This document shows positions 1 through 8,024 of a stretch of DNA of 64,000 bases, in pieces. Location: contig CAYTIY010000001.1 of assembly GCA_964438045.1 (NCBI GenBank), positions 132-64,131 of the forward strand. Direction: 5' to 3'. Every line of letters starts with the position of its first letter. The first letter of the stretch is position 1. Made by a program: the position numbers and the translations under genes. Origin of the DNA: an uncultured Bacteroidales bacterium. GTDB lineage: Bacteria > Bacteroidota > Bacteroidia > Bacteroidales > UBA1402. The notes under the pieces are model-generated. The model saw nothing but the letters and a program-made list of their open reading frames with translations. It made no database searches and was not told where the DNA came from.

Positions 1-120
1 GTAACCTGCGAATACTGTGCCAAAAAAAAGAGGAGCCTTAAAAATCGGCCTCAACTGACAAAAATAACACCATTCATACCAAATCCAATAAAAAGACTGA
101 CAAGATGGCAATCGAAAAAT

Positions 121-141
121 CCCCGCCGCAAAGCAGCGGGG
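121..141 (-). terminator. Putative rho-independent terminator after the 158..2311 gene
   Basis: Inverted repeat ccccgc (121-126) / gcgggg (136-141) with a 9-nt loop. On the minus strand it is followed by ATTTTTCG. Confidence 0.4.
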
Positions 142-157
142 TATCCACCCATAGCAT

Positions 158-2311
158 TCAGGGAACAAGAATCTTAAAAACAGCACTAGATCCATTGTTC
201 TGTTCAACCTTGACCAAGTAACACCCTGGATTCACGGTAGTTGTACAAGTTGTTCCACCAAAACCAGCCATATCGGCCACCATTCGACTCATCATGTCGA
301 TAACCGTGATTCGTCGTAAGTTTTCTCCTTTTACCCAAAGCTGGCCGTTCGTTCCCGAACCGACCGATGCCTTCACTGACGACTGTTTGCCCGACACATC
401 CAGCTCGGTTTCGTAAGAAAAACTCTGCACCGTTGTCATCTCGAGTCCAGTCAGCACAGACTGATCCAGGTAACCCTTACGAACGTCCTGTACCAACTTC
501 GTTTCCATATTGCGTGGATGAATTCTCAATGAAACCAAGGTGCCCGAATTTCCGGAAAAAGATTTTCCGGTTGACATGGACCACAAAACCAGCCTGTACC
601 GACGACCATCAGCCGATACCGGTACCAACTTCAGGGTGTGGCTTGATGCGCAACGTGGTGACAAGCTGGTTTCTTCCAGTACCAACGAAACGTCCTCCGG
701 TAAAACGACGTCTACCTGCATGGCCTGTACCGCATCGTGGTTGTCGAGGCAAATATCAAGCAAGGTTGGATCTTCTTTCGATTGTGTCAGGTATATATGA
801 TTGCTTGGACTTGCCTGATCCAGATGATAGGGCTGTTTGAGCAATACTCCACTCGCTGCGGACTCATTTGCAGGAGACACGCTGTTGATTCGTCCAGCCG
901 GGGATGCCACACTGTAGGTGGTCGCATTGATGACGTCCACCATCCGCACTACGTCCAGGATATTCCAGACTCCGTTTTCATCCATATCAATGGCTTCCTT
1001 CTGACAAACAAACGGACAACGCCCGTTGATCAGCGCAACCAACCATACAATATCGGTCACATTAACCCTGTCGTCGTTGTCGGCGTCGCCCACCGTGTAG
1101 CGAGGCAGCACCGATAATTTGCCATCAGACATGGACACTTCGGCCGGATTGGCTGCCGTATCAGCCAGGATTACCTTCTTGATATCGATGGTGTAGGTGC
1201 GTACCGTATCAAGCACGTTGATGTACAAGTTGAGTATGGCACCGTTCCTACCCAGCAACGTGTCCTTGCTGGTCATCGAATAGGTCATAAACTTGTACAC
1301 AGTGGGATTTGTGGAAACCTTGGCGATGGACAACCGGTGTCCTGCTATTCTGGATGCGACCAGTGTCGACCTAAGGGTGTCCAGAAACAGTCCATCGGGC
1401 AAGGCTACATCCATTTCAAACGCCACAAGTGGCGTGACGTTCGCCAAATGAACTGCAACTACGGCGGTATTGCCTATTTTCACACTAACGGACGGCATGG
1501 ACACAAGACTCTTGGTTTGATTCGTTTCCAGCGTCCACTTCTTTGCCAAGGCCTGTTCCGGGTGACAGTCGGCCGTGCCGGGATTTCCACTGATAAACAG
1601 GTTTTGGTTGGTAGATATCTCGGACAAAATGGGCAGTTGCTCAAACAAGCTGTCCAACGCTTGAATGCTCAGACTGCAAGCTGAGCACGAAAGGTAGTTC
1701 AAGACTCCTGATGAATTAACGGACAAACGGGTCAAGGGATTTGTGTGACAGGTCACCTTTTTGAGCTGGCTCAGACCAGACAAATCCAAACCGGTCAGCT
1801 TGTTGTCTGAACAGGTAAGGGTCTGTAACCGGATATTTGCCGCCAGGTTCAGGGTTTGCAGGTTGTTTCCGCCACAATAGAGCGATTCCAACTTGGTATT
1901 CCTGGAAAGGTCGAGCCCAGACAACTGGCTGCTGCTGCAACTGATATAGGTAAGATTTGGTGCTTTTTCAGGATGCAGACTCAACAGGCGGCGGGAATCG
2001 GCCTTGAAATAAGTGAGCAAGGTTCCCGTTGCCAGACAGGAATAATTCCCCACCATACTGTAATAATGCGTCAGATTTTCCTTGCTCAAGGAATCGTTGA
2101 TCCACTCCACGGTTCCGTCTCCCCAATCCACCCTTACACTGTCGGCGAATTCCAAGACACAGGTCTTGGTTTTGGTGCTGGTCGTAGTGGTCACCTCCCA
2201 CGACCAACTCAACGTATCTAGCGGCTGCGTCTGTGCACTCAGCCACCCGCAACAACCGAAAAAAGCCTGCACCAGCAGGCATTGAATGATAAGAAGTACC
2301 TTGTTTTTCAT
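158..2311 (-). CDS. Secreted multidomain surface protein: leucine-rich repeats, cohesin-like module, dockerin, second cohesin-like module, T9SS C-terminal sorting domain
   Basis: 717-aa ORF with an ATG at 2309-2311 and a signal peptide (MKNKVLLIIQCLLVQAFF). LRR-type repeats are present (LxxLxCxxNxLxxLDLS...). The cohesin-like segment is SVSVKIGNTAVVAVHLANVTPLVAFEMDVALPDG. Two EF-hand-like dockerin loops are DADNDDRVNVTD and DMDENGVWNILD. The C-terminal tail (GCYLVKVEQNNGSSAVFKILVP) is typical of Por/T9SS sorting domains. Confidence 0.75.
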   Translation of the reverse strand: MKNKVLLIIQCLLVQAFFGCCGWLSAQTQPLDTLSWSWEVTTTTSTKTKTCVLEFADSVRVDWGDGTVEWINDSLSKENLTHYYSMVGNYSCLATGTLLTYFKADSRRLLSLHPEKAPNLTYISCSSSQLSGLDLSRNTKLESLYCGGNNLQTLNLAANIRLQTLTCSDNKLTGLDLSGLSQLKKVTCHTNPLTRLSVNSSGVLNYLSCSACSLSIQALDSLFEQLPILSEISTNQNLFISGNPGTADCHPEQALAKKWTLETNQTKSLVSMPSVSVKIGNTAVVAVHLANVTPLVAFEMDVALPDGLFLDTLRSTLVASRIAGHRLSIAKVSTNPTVYKFMTYSMTSKDTLLGRNGAILNLYINVLDTVRTYTIDIKKVILADTAANPAEVSMSDGKLSVLPRYTVGDADNDDRVNVTDIVWLVALINGRCPFVCQKEAIDMDENGVWNILDVVRMVDVINATTYSVASPAGRINSVSPANESAASGVLLKQPYHLDQASPSNHIYLTQSKEDPTLLDICLDNHDAVQAMQVDVVLPEDVSLVLEETSLSPRCASSHTLKLVPVSADGRRYRLVLWSMSTGKSFSGNSGTLVSLRIHPRNMETKLVQDVRKGYLDQSVLTGLEMTTVQSFSYETELDVSGKQSSVKASVGSGTNGQLWVKGENLRRITVIDMMSRMVADMAGFGGTTCTTTVNPGCYLVKVEQNNGSSAVFKILVP

Positions 2312-2349
2312 ATCAATACATTTGTTTACACGCCAACAACCACCGTGTG

Positions 2350-2357
2350 CAAATATA
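2350..2357 (-). promoter_or_regulatory. Candidate Bacteroidota -7 promoter box (TATATTTG) for the 158..2311 gene
   Basis: The plus-strand caaatata is the reverse complement of TAnnTTTG. It lies 39-46 nt upstream of the ATG. No -33 TTTG was found at proper spacing. Confidence 0.3.
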
Positions 2358-2404
2358 TCCTTTTTATTTCTTTTTTATGTTTTTTATGTATTTTTTTACG
2401 CAAA

Positions 2405-2439
2405 AAGGTGTCCATTTCGCATCAGCGATTGGACACCTT
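2405..2439 (-). terminator. Stem-loop downstream of the 2467..2937 gene (possible terminator, no clear U-tract)
   Basis: Perfect 10-bp inverted repeat aaggtgtcca (2405-2414) / tggacacctt (2430-2439) with a 15-nt loop. Confidence 0.25.
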
Positions 2440-2466
2440 CTTCAACGTTGTATGGACGCTGCCTGA

Positions 2467-2937
2467 TTAGCGACGACCTTTGAAGGTCAGGGGATAAATA
2501 CCGCAGTTCATGGATAAGCGCAATGAATCGTCGGTAATATCTCCGTTCAAGGCAGTGATGGTGTACGCAGTAAATGCACCACCCATGGCATAGGGAACGA
2601 TGCTGTCGCCGCTTAGCACATAGCCGTCCTGATGTGATACGTAAGCGATATTCCCTACGGTCATATCCAGTTTAACAGGCATGCGCGATGAGAAACGAAC
2701 CTGAGACATGAGCATGGTCATCGTACCTTGGTTGAGATTGGGAGTCATGGTAATGCTCACGCTGTCCATGACAAAATAGGTTCCGTTCAGTTGATCAACT
2801 GCCAGGGTACCAACAAACGTGCTATCGTTTGTCGTATCGGGTGTTTTTTGCCCACCGTTATCGTCATCGGTTTCGGTACAGGAAGCAAAGGATAAAACAA
2901 GACTGACGGCAATGATTGAAAAAATAAACTGTTTCAT
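2467..2937 (-). CDS. Small lipoprotein of unknown function, possibly a calycin/lipocalin-like partner of the adjacent TonB-dependent receptor
   Basis: 156-aa ORF with a lipoprotein signal peptide and lipobox (VSLVLSFASC). It sits 8 nt downstream of the TonB-dependent receptor gene on the same strand. The fold assignment is a guess. Confidence 0.55.
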   Translation of the reverse strand: MKQFIFSIIAVSLVLSFASCTETDDDNGGQKTPDTTNDSTFVGTLAVDQLNGTYFVMDSVSITMTPNLNQGTMTMLMSQVRFSSRMPVKLDMTVGNIAYVSHQDGYVLSGDSIVPYAMGGAFTAYTITALNGDITDDSLRLSMNCGIYPLTFKGRR

Positions 2938-2944
2938 ACTGTAT

Positions 2945-5206
2945 TTATTTACGGGTTGATAATCGAGTGAGGGAGATGCTCAACGAAGCACCGTATTGAA
3001 TCGGTCGTCCTTTTTGCAAAAAGGCATTTCCCATGGAGACAAAGTAAAAAGTATCGTAGTCAGTATTGGTCAGGTTCTTACCCCAACACTGCAGGGTGTA
3101 ACGACCACGAGAAAAACTGACAGAGGCATCCAGTAGCTGATAGAAAGACTGGTATGCATCATTGGTTTCCGTCCACCAGATTTTTCCACACCCACGGTAT
3201 CCGGCATGAATAGTTACAGCATCCAACACATTACCCTTGCAGGAAAACCGTCGGTCGATGGATGCATGTACAGTATTTTCCGGCGCAAAAGGAACGCGCT
3301 TTCCCTTGAGATCTTCCATTCCGTTGTTGTACCGGACAAAGCGGGCATTGGTGTATCCGTAGTCGAACTGGAGGGCATACTGACCCCATCTGTAGCTTGC
3401 CTCCATTTCAGCCCCGAAACTTCTGGTTTGACCGGCATTGGTCATCATGCGACCCGTATTTTTTCCAGCCGGAAAAACAGTGAGTTGCTGGTCGCGGCAA
3501 TCAATGTAGAATCCGGTAGCTGTCATCTGGAGTTGATTAACGGGATTGGCTTCCATCTTCATTTCCAGGTTCCAACTGTGCTCGGGTTTGTAGGTGACCA
3601 CATCCGACACGGTGAATCCATCAAGACCGGTTTCCATGTACAATCCCATGTCTTCCATCAAATCACTCGTCAATTCGTTTTTCAATATATCCGAGAACAG
3701 CTGGGTATTGAAGCCCCCTGCCTTGTACCCCTTGGAAACCTGCGCCGAAAAATGGAGGGTCGATGAGGGTGTCCATGTGGCGGCCAGACTGGGCAACAGT
3801 TCTAAAAACCGAAGGGAAGATTGGCCTTGCAGGTGTGTCTCCAATCGTTTGAACTGCGGCATGGTAAGTGAAAATCGGTAGTTCAGGGCCGACTGGCAAT
3901 CGTAGTCCAACGAGGTAAATTCATAGTCCAGACGTAAACCGGCATGAAAAGACCAATCACCCAGCTGCACTGAGGTTTGGTTATAGAGAGCCACACCCAT
4001 GGAGGGTTGGTGAAACTCGGATGATAGTAAAAAGGATGAATCGTTGATCTCAAGCAGGGCATCGGGAAAAACGTGCTGCATTCCTTTGTTGGCGTTGGCT
4101 AGAATCAGGTCGTCAATGCCTTTCCGCTTAAATGACACAGGAGCATCCGTTGTCAACAAACGGCTAAACAAATGAAGACCGGTCACCGATTTCCACCGGG
4201 ATGTGGGGTCGTGCCACTGAAGGGTCAGATCTTCGGAAAGTAGGTGTTCCTGTTGCGCTTGATGCATGGTGAAAAAATCATCGGCTGTGAAATCTTGATC
4301 CAGCTGCATGTCATCGCGAGTATGTTGGTAGGAAGCCGTACTGGTGAGTACTTGGTCACCCATACGCCAGTTTGCCGTGAACCCTTCATTGATAATCAGT
4401 CGTTTGTAGCCAGATGGAGCATTGTAGCGTATTGGCTGCAGGCGGCCTTCCAGTTGTTGGCGATAGGGATAACCGGTTTGGTCAATCCAACTCACATAAA
4501 GATTCTCCATCCAATCGAACCGATCGGTTGCTTTTTCCAACCGGATGCGACCACCGGCTTCCTGATAGGCATCGCAACTGGAATTGTCGTACGTGTTGGT
4601 GTACAATCCGTTTGAACGACCGCCAAATCCGTGCGCCGAGAGAAACAGGTTTTCGGAGAGTCGTGTGTAGTGTGACAGGGAAGTACCGAAGGTCTGTCCG
4701 TTTGCGGCATCCACCTGCAGGTTGGTGCCTTGGACTGTTCGGGGAGAAAGGGTGCGGATGTTGATCACGCCCCCCATGGTGTTTCTTCCATAAAGGGTGC
4801 TTTGAGGGCCTCTCAACACAGACAAGCTGATTACCTCCCCAAAACGGGCGTCATAGTTGCTTTTGTTGAACACAGGTATGCCGTCAACCACCAGTCCCAT
4901 GACTGATTGATCCATGCGGGCTCCCAGGCCTCTCACATAAACGGCCGATGTCATCCGGGAACCGTAATCGGGCATAAAGACGTTGGGAACAGTGAGCGAA
5001 AGATCTTTCACCACCTCAACCCGTTCAGTCAGCAGGTTGGATTGTTGAAACGTGCGGACAGATACATATGGCGCACTGGCTGCCTGTTTTGCTCCTACAA
5101 CGACGGTGTTTAACTCTATCGTCGTATCGGCAGATACCTGTGCTGAGGAAACGCTGCCCAAACAGGCACTAATCACTAAAAAGAGGGAAAGAAGGGTGGT
5201 CTTCAT
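2945..5206 (-). CDS. TonB-dependent outer-membrane receptor (siderophore/metal type)
   Basis: The plug-domain pattern is RVEVVKDLSLTVPNVFMPDYGSRMTSAVYVRGLGARMDQSVMGLVVDGIPV and RGPQSTLYGRNTMGGVINI, followed by a long beta-barrel region. The start was moved to the ATG at 5204-5206 (MKTTLLSLFLV signal peptide) because the track start at 5245 is TTG. Confidence 0.85.
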   Translation of the reverse strand: MKTTLLSLFLVISACLGSVSSAQVSADTTIELNTVVVGAKQAASAPYVSVRTFQQSNLLTERVEVVKDLSLTVPNVFMPDYGSRMTSAVYVRGLGARMDQSVMGLVVDGIPVFNKSNYDARFGEVISLSVLRGPQSTLYGRNTMGGVINIRTLSPRTVQGTNLQVDAANGQTFGTSLSHYTRLSENLFLSAHGFGGRSNGLYTNTYDNSSCDAYQEAGGRIRLEKATDRFDWMENLYVSWIDQTGYPYRQQLEGRLQPIRYNAPSGYKRLIINEGFTANWRMGDQVLTSTASYQHTRDDMQLDQDFTADDFFTMHQAQQEHLLSEDLTLQWHDPTSRWKSVTGLHLFSRLLTTDAPVSFKRKGIDDLILANANKGMQHVFPDALLEINDSSFLLSSEFHQPSMGVALYNQTSVQLGDWSFHAGLRLDYEFTSLDYDCQSALNYRFSLTMPQFKRLETHLQGQSSLRFLELLPSLAATWTPSSTLHFSAQVSKGYKAGGFNTQLFSDILKNELTSDLMEDMGLYMETGLDGFTVSDVVTYKPEHSWNLEMKMEANPVNQLQMTATGFYIDCRDQQLTVFPAGKNTGRMMTNAGQTRSFGAEMEASYRWGQYALQFDYGYTNARFVRYNNGMEDLKGKRVPFAPENTVHASIDRRFSCKGNVLDAVTIHAGYRGCGKIWWTETNDAYQSFYQLLDASVSFSRGRYTLQCWGKNLTNTDYDTFYFVSMGNAFLQKGRPIQYGASLSISLTRLSTRK

Positions 5207-5300
5207 TTTCACCGCAAAAGTAAGTAACCCACCTTGTTCAGACAATCCTCATTTGTGGGGGTTTTTCATCCGGCTTTTTTACGCTATCTTTGCGCAACAA

Positions 5301-5900
5301 ATGGATAGTCAACCCACTAAACCGTGCATTGTCATTGTTGAGAACAACATTTTAGCTGCTCTTGGCCTAAAAAGCATGATTGAATCCATTGCTCCACTCA
5401 TCAAGGTATATACGTTTCGTTCGGCGGAAGAGCTAAAAACAACGACGCTACCCCATGTGGTCCATTACTTTGTGTCTGAAAACCTGGTTCGTGACCAGGA
5501 TGTATTTTTCAAACCGCTGGCTGGCAGGCTTATTGTCCTAACATATGGACATAGAGCGTTGTCAACTCCTCCCGGCCTGCGTTCTCTTGATGTATGTGTA
5601 CCGGAATCCGTTTTCCTCAAAGGCCTGCTCGATATTCACGGTCAGGGACATGGTGTGGGAAATCCGCACAGCAAAAGACCAGTGCCTGAGAGCACCCTCA
5701 CCCGCAGGGAAAACGACATCTTACGCCTGGCCGTGCTGGGTCTGCAAAACAAGGAAATCGCCGAGCAATTCCACATTGCCTTGAATACGGTGATTTATCA
5801 TAGAAAAAACATTGCCCGCAAACTGGTCAACAAGTCGTTGTCAAACTGGGCCATTTACGCTGTTGTCAACGGCTTGGTTCGAATGGATGAAATTGCCTGA
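5301..5900 (+). CDS. LuxR/GerE-family transcriptional regulator with a degenerate receiver-like N-terminal domain
   Basis: The C-terminal HTH is LTRRENDILRLAVLGLQNKEIAEQFHIALNTVIYHRKNIARKL. The N-terminus has receiver-like topology but lacks the acidic pocket (IVIVENN instead of DD). The start was set at the ATG at 5301, because the 5052 extension overlaps the receptor gene. Confidence 0.7.
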   Translation: MDSQPTKPCIVIVENNILAALGLKSMIESIAPLIKVYTFRSAEELKTTTLPHVVHYFVSENLVRDQDVFFKPLAGRLIVLTYGHRALSTPPGLRSLDVCVPESVFLKGLLDIHGQGHGVGNPHSKRPVPESTLTRRENDILRLAVLGLQNKEIAEQFHIALNTVIYHRKNIARKLVNKSLSNWAIYAVVNGLVRMDEIA

Positions 5901-5913
5901 ATCGTCTCATTGA

Positions 5914-6915
5914 TTACTTCACCACCACTTTCCACGTATATCCCGAGCATGTCACCAGATAGATACCGGGTGACACGTTGGCAATAAACTGAATCGTTCC
6001 CGTGGTTGAAACACTGGAAAGCCGAATACCCAGCGGATTAAAAACAATGACCTGCCTGTCTTTCAGGGATGTCTGAATGTAAATAGATCCCAGATTGGCA
6101 TAGAGCTGGAGCACTTCGTTTCTCGAGAAGGAACCTTCTCTTCCAGTTAGGCTGAATGCATACGCCGTTGAATCGCCCCACAAGTAACTGGCCAGTTCCG
6201 GATAATCGATAAAGGGATTTCGGTTATGTTGGAATGTATACACTGCCTCGTTTCGGGTTCGCTCTTTGGTGCTGACAGGATCTTTCCTATGCCAGTCCAT
6301 CAATAAACGAACGGCTTCCGGTCTAAAGGTGGGATAGGAATTGGTTTCAACCATGAAGGTATGCTTCCAGGTAAGATCCTGGTAGCATGTGGCTACATAG
6401 AAATAGGCGCGTGCAAAGTCACCTTTGTACGTGTCTGCCGGTTCGAACACCAGGCATTCCGTTGAATTGCCCTGAAAACTGTCATACCCGACCTTGCTTA
6501 CACCGTTGTCAAACACGGGAATTCCCACATTGCCCAACGGGTGGTTGCTTTTGGCCAGATTGGCAGCCTCATCGGCGGGAAATAGATGATGCAAGTCGGA
6601 ATATGCGGCGTTTCGGGATCCCCCCCACCAACTTTTGGGAAAGGCGTGTTCCCGGTTCATTCCTGAAAACCCCGTTTGTCTTCGATTGGAATACATGTCC
6701 CAAACAGTTCCGTCCGAACGCGTGTCTGTCACGGTAAACAAGGCCCACAAACTGTCGTATTCCAGAACCAGTTTGTTCTGAATTAACCCACTCAACGCAG
6801 ACTTGAGTGCAACCGCCTGTTTTCCGTCTATCGTGGAATAATACCCTGAAGGAACCGCAGCGTTTGCGGCCAGTACCAAGCTATGCCACAATACAATCAG
6901 CACATGTGTTTTCAT
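5914..6915 (-). CDS. Secreted endonuclease I family nuclease with T9SS C-terminal sorting domain
   Basis: Endonuclease-I-like motifs are present (NREHAFPKSWWGG, DLHHLFPADEAANLAKSNHPLG, FIDYPEL). It has a signal peptide and a C-terminal tail GIYLVTCSGYTWKVVVK. Confidence 0.75.
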   Translation of the reverse strand: MKTHVLIVLWHSLVLAANAAVPSGYYSTIDGKQAVALKSALSGLIQNKLVLEYDSLWALFTVTDTRSDGTVWDMYSNRRQTGFSGMNREHAFPKSWWGGSRNAAYSDLHHLFPADEAANLAKSNHPLGNVGIPVFDNGVSKVGYDSFQGNSTECLVFEPADTYKGDFARAYFYVATCYQDLTWKHTFMVETNSYPTFRPEAVRLLMDWHRKDPVSTKERTRNEAVYTFQHNRNPFIDYPELASYLWGDSTAYAFSLTGREGSFSRNEVLQLYANLGSIYIQTSLKDRQVIVFNPLGIRLSSVSTTGTIQFIANVSPGIYLVTCSGYTWKVVVK

Positions 6916-6980
6916 CCGTTGTTTTGACCAAAGATACCGGACAAAACAACGGACAAAAACTTATTGTCACTGATTGTGCT

Positions 6981-7487
6981 TTACTTGGAAAGAAGAGCCA
7001 CCACTGGTTCGTAATCAGGTTCCTGAGCAATCTCAGGCACTTGTTCGGTGTAGATGACCGTTCCCTGCGCATCGAGCACAACCACTGCCCTCGACATCAG
7101 TCCGGCCAACGGGCCGTCAATCATACGCAAGCCGTAGTTTTCGGCAAAAGTTCTGGGCTGCCTGAGTTCACTCAGGGTAACCACATTGCTTAGACCTTCA
7201 GCACCGCAGAAACGGCTGGCAGCAAAGGGAAGATCGGCGGAAATGCAAAGCACCACCGTATTCTCGAGTTTCTCCACCTCTTTATTGAACCGACGTACCG
7301 ACATGGCACAAACACCGGTGTCAATGCTGGGGAAAATGTTCATCACCACGCGTTTTCCGGCGAAATCGGCCAGAGACACATCAGCCAAACTCGCGTTCGT
7401 CAAACAAAAATCGATTGCCTTGCTTCCAACCTTCGGTAAGTCACCATTGGTATGGACCGGACTGCCTTTAAATGTAATTGTTGCCAT
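6981..7487 (-). CDS. tpx: Thiol peroxidase (atypical 2-Cys peroxiredoxin)
   Basis: The sequence [21 protein letters not shown]...[12 protein letters not shown]...[19 protein letters not shown] matches the Tpx family pattern. The ATG was verified at 7485-7487. Confidence 0.9.
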   Translation of the reverse strand: MATITFKGSPVHTNGDLPKVGSKAIDFCLTNASLADVSLADFAGKRVVMNIFPSIDTGVCAMSVRRFNKEVEKLENTVVLCISADLPFAASRFCGAEGLSNVVTLSELRQPRTFAENYGLRMIDGPLAGLMSRAVVVLDAQGTVIYTEQVPEIAQEPDYEPVVALLSK

Positions 7488-7625
7488 ATGTTGTTCATTT
7501 ATCTGATATTGTCGTGAAGGAATAACAGCCAACACGCATCATTGTTTTGCAAGATAGTGTAAATTTGTAGCAAAGCTAGTAAAAAAACACGAATATAACA
7601 AGTATTTACTTTTATTATTACCACC

Positions 7626-8018
7626 ATGAAACCCACTAAAAAAACCGGTTACCCGGTACAGGAGTACCACCAACCCGTAAAAAGGTATTGCCAAACACTC
7701 GATTTGAAAGACGACCCTGCATTGATTGCCGAATACATCAAACGCCACAGCGAAGCTGAAGCCTGGCCGGAGATCAGGGCCGGAATCCGGGAAGTCGGAA
7801 TATTGGAGATGGAACTCTACAACCTGGGCACCAAGTTGTTCATGGTTGTGGAAACACCGCTCGATTTTGACTGGGATTCCGCCATGACAAAACTGGCCAC
7901 TCTGAACAGACAGGCTGAATGGGAAGCGTACATGGAGATTTTTCAGATTTCAAAACCCGGAGCTTCCTCAGCAGAAAAATGGCAATTGATGGACCGGATT
8001 TTCTACCTGTACCCCTAA
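7626..8018 (+). CDS. L-rhamnose mutarotase-like protein (RhaM/DUF718 family)
   Basis: 130-aa ORF. KRYCQTLDLKDDPALIAEYIKRHSEAEAWPEI...EMELYNLGTKLFMVVETPLDFDW...WEAYM matches the mutarotase family pattern. Confidence 0.7.
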   Translation: MKPTKKTGYPVQEYHQPVKRYCQTLDLKDDPALIAEYIKRHSEAEAWPEIRAGIREVGILEMELYNLGTKLFMVVETPLDFDWDSAMTKLATLNRQAEWEAYMEIFQISKPGASSAEKWQLMDRIFYLYP

Positions 8019-8024
8019 GCAGGA

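Noticed and set aside
5052-5300. N-terminal extensions offered by the ORF track: 5052-5300 on the LuxR regulator, 46746-47039 on enolase, 53262-53345 on the VTC gene, and several GTG/TTG starts.
   Set aside because: The extensions overlap well-supported neighbouring genes and precede conserved N-termini (for example [22 protein letters not shown] of enolase). In-frame ATGs were verified at the shorter starts.
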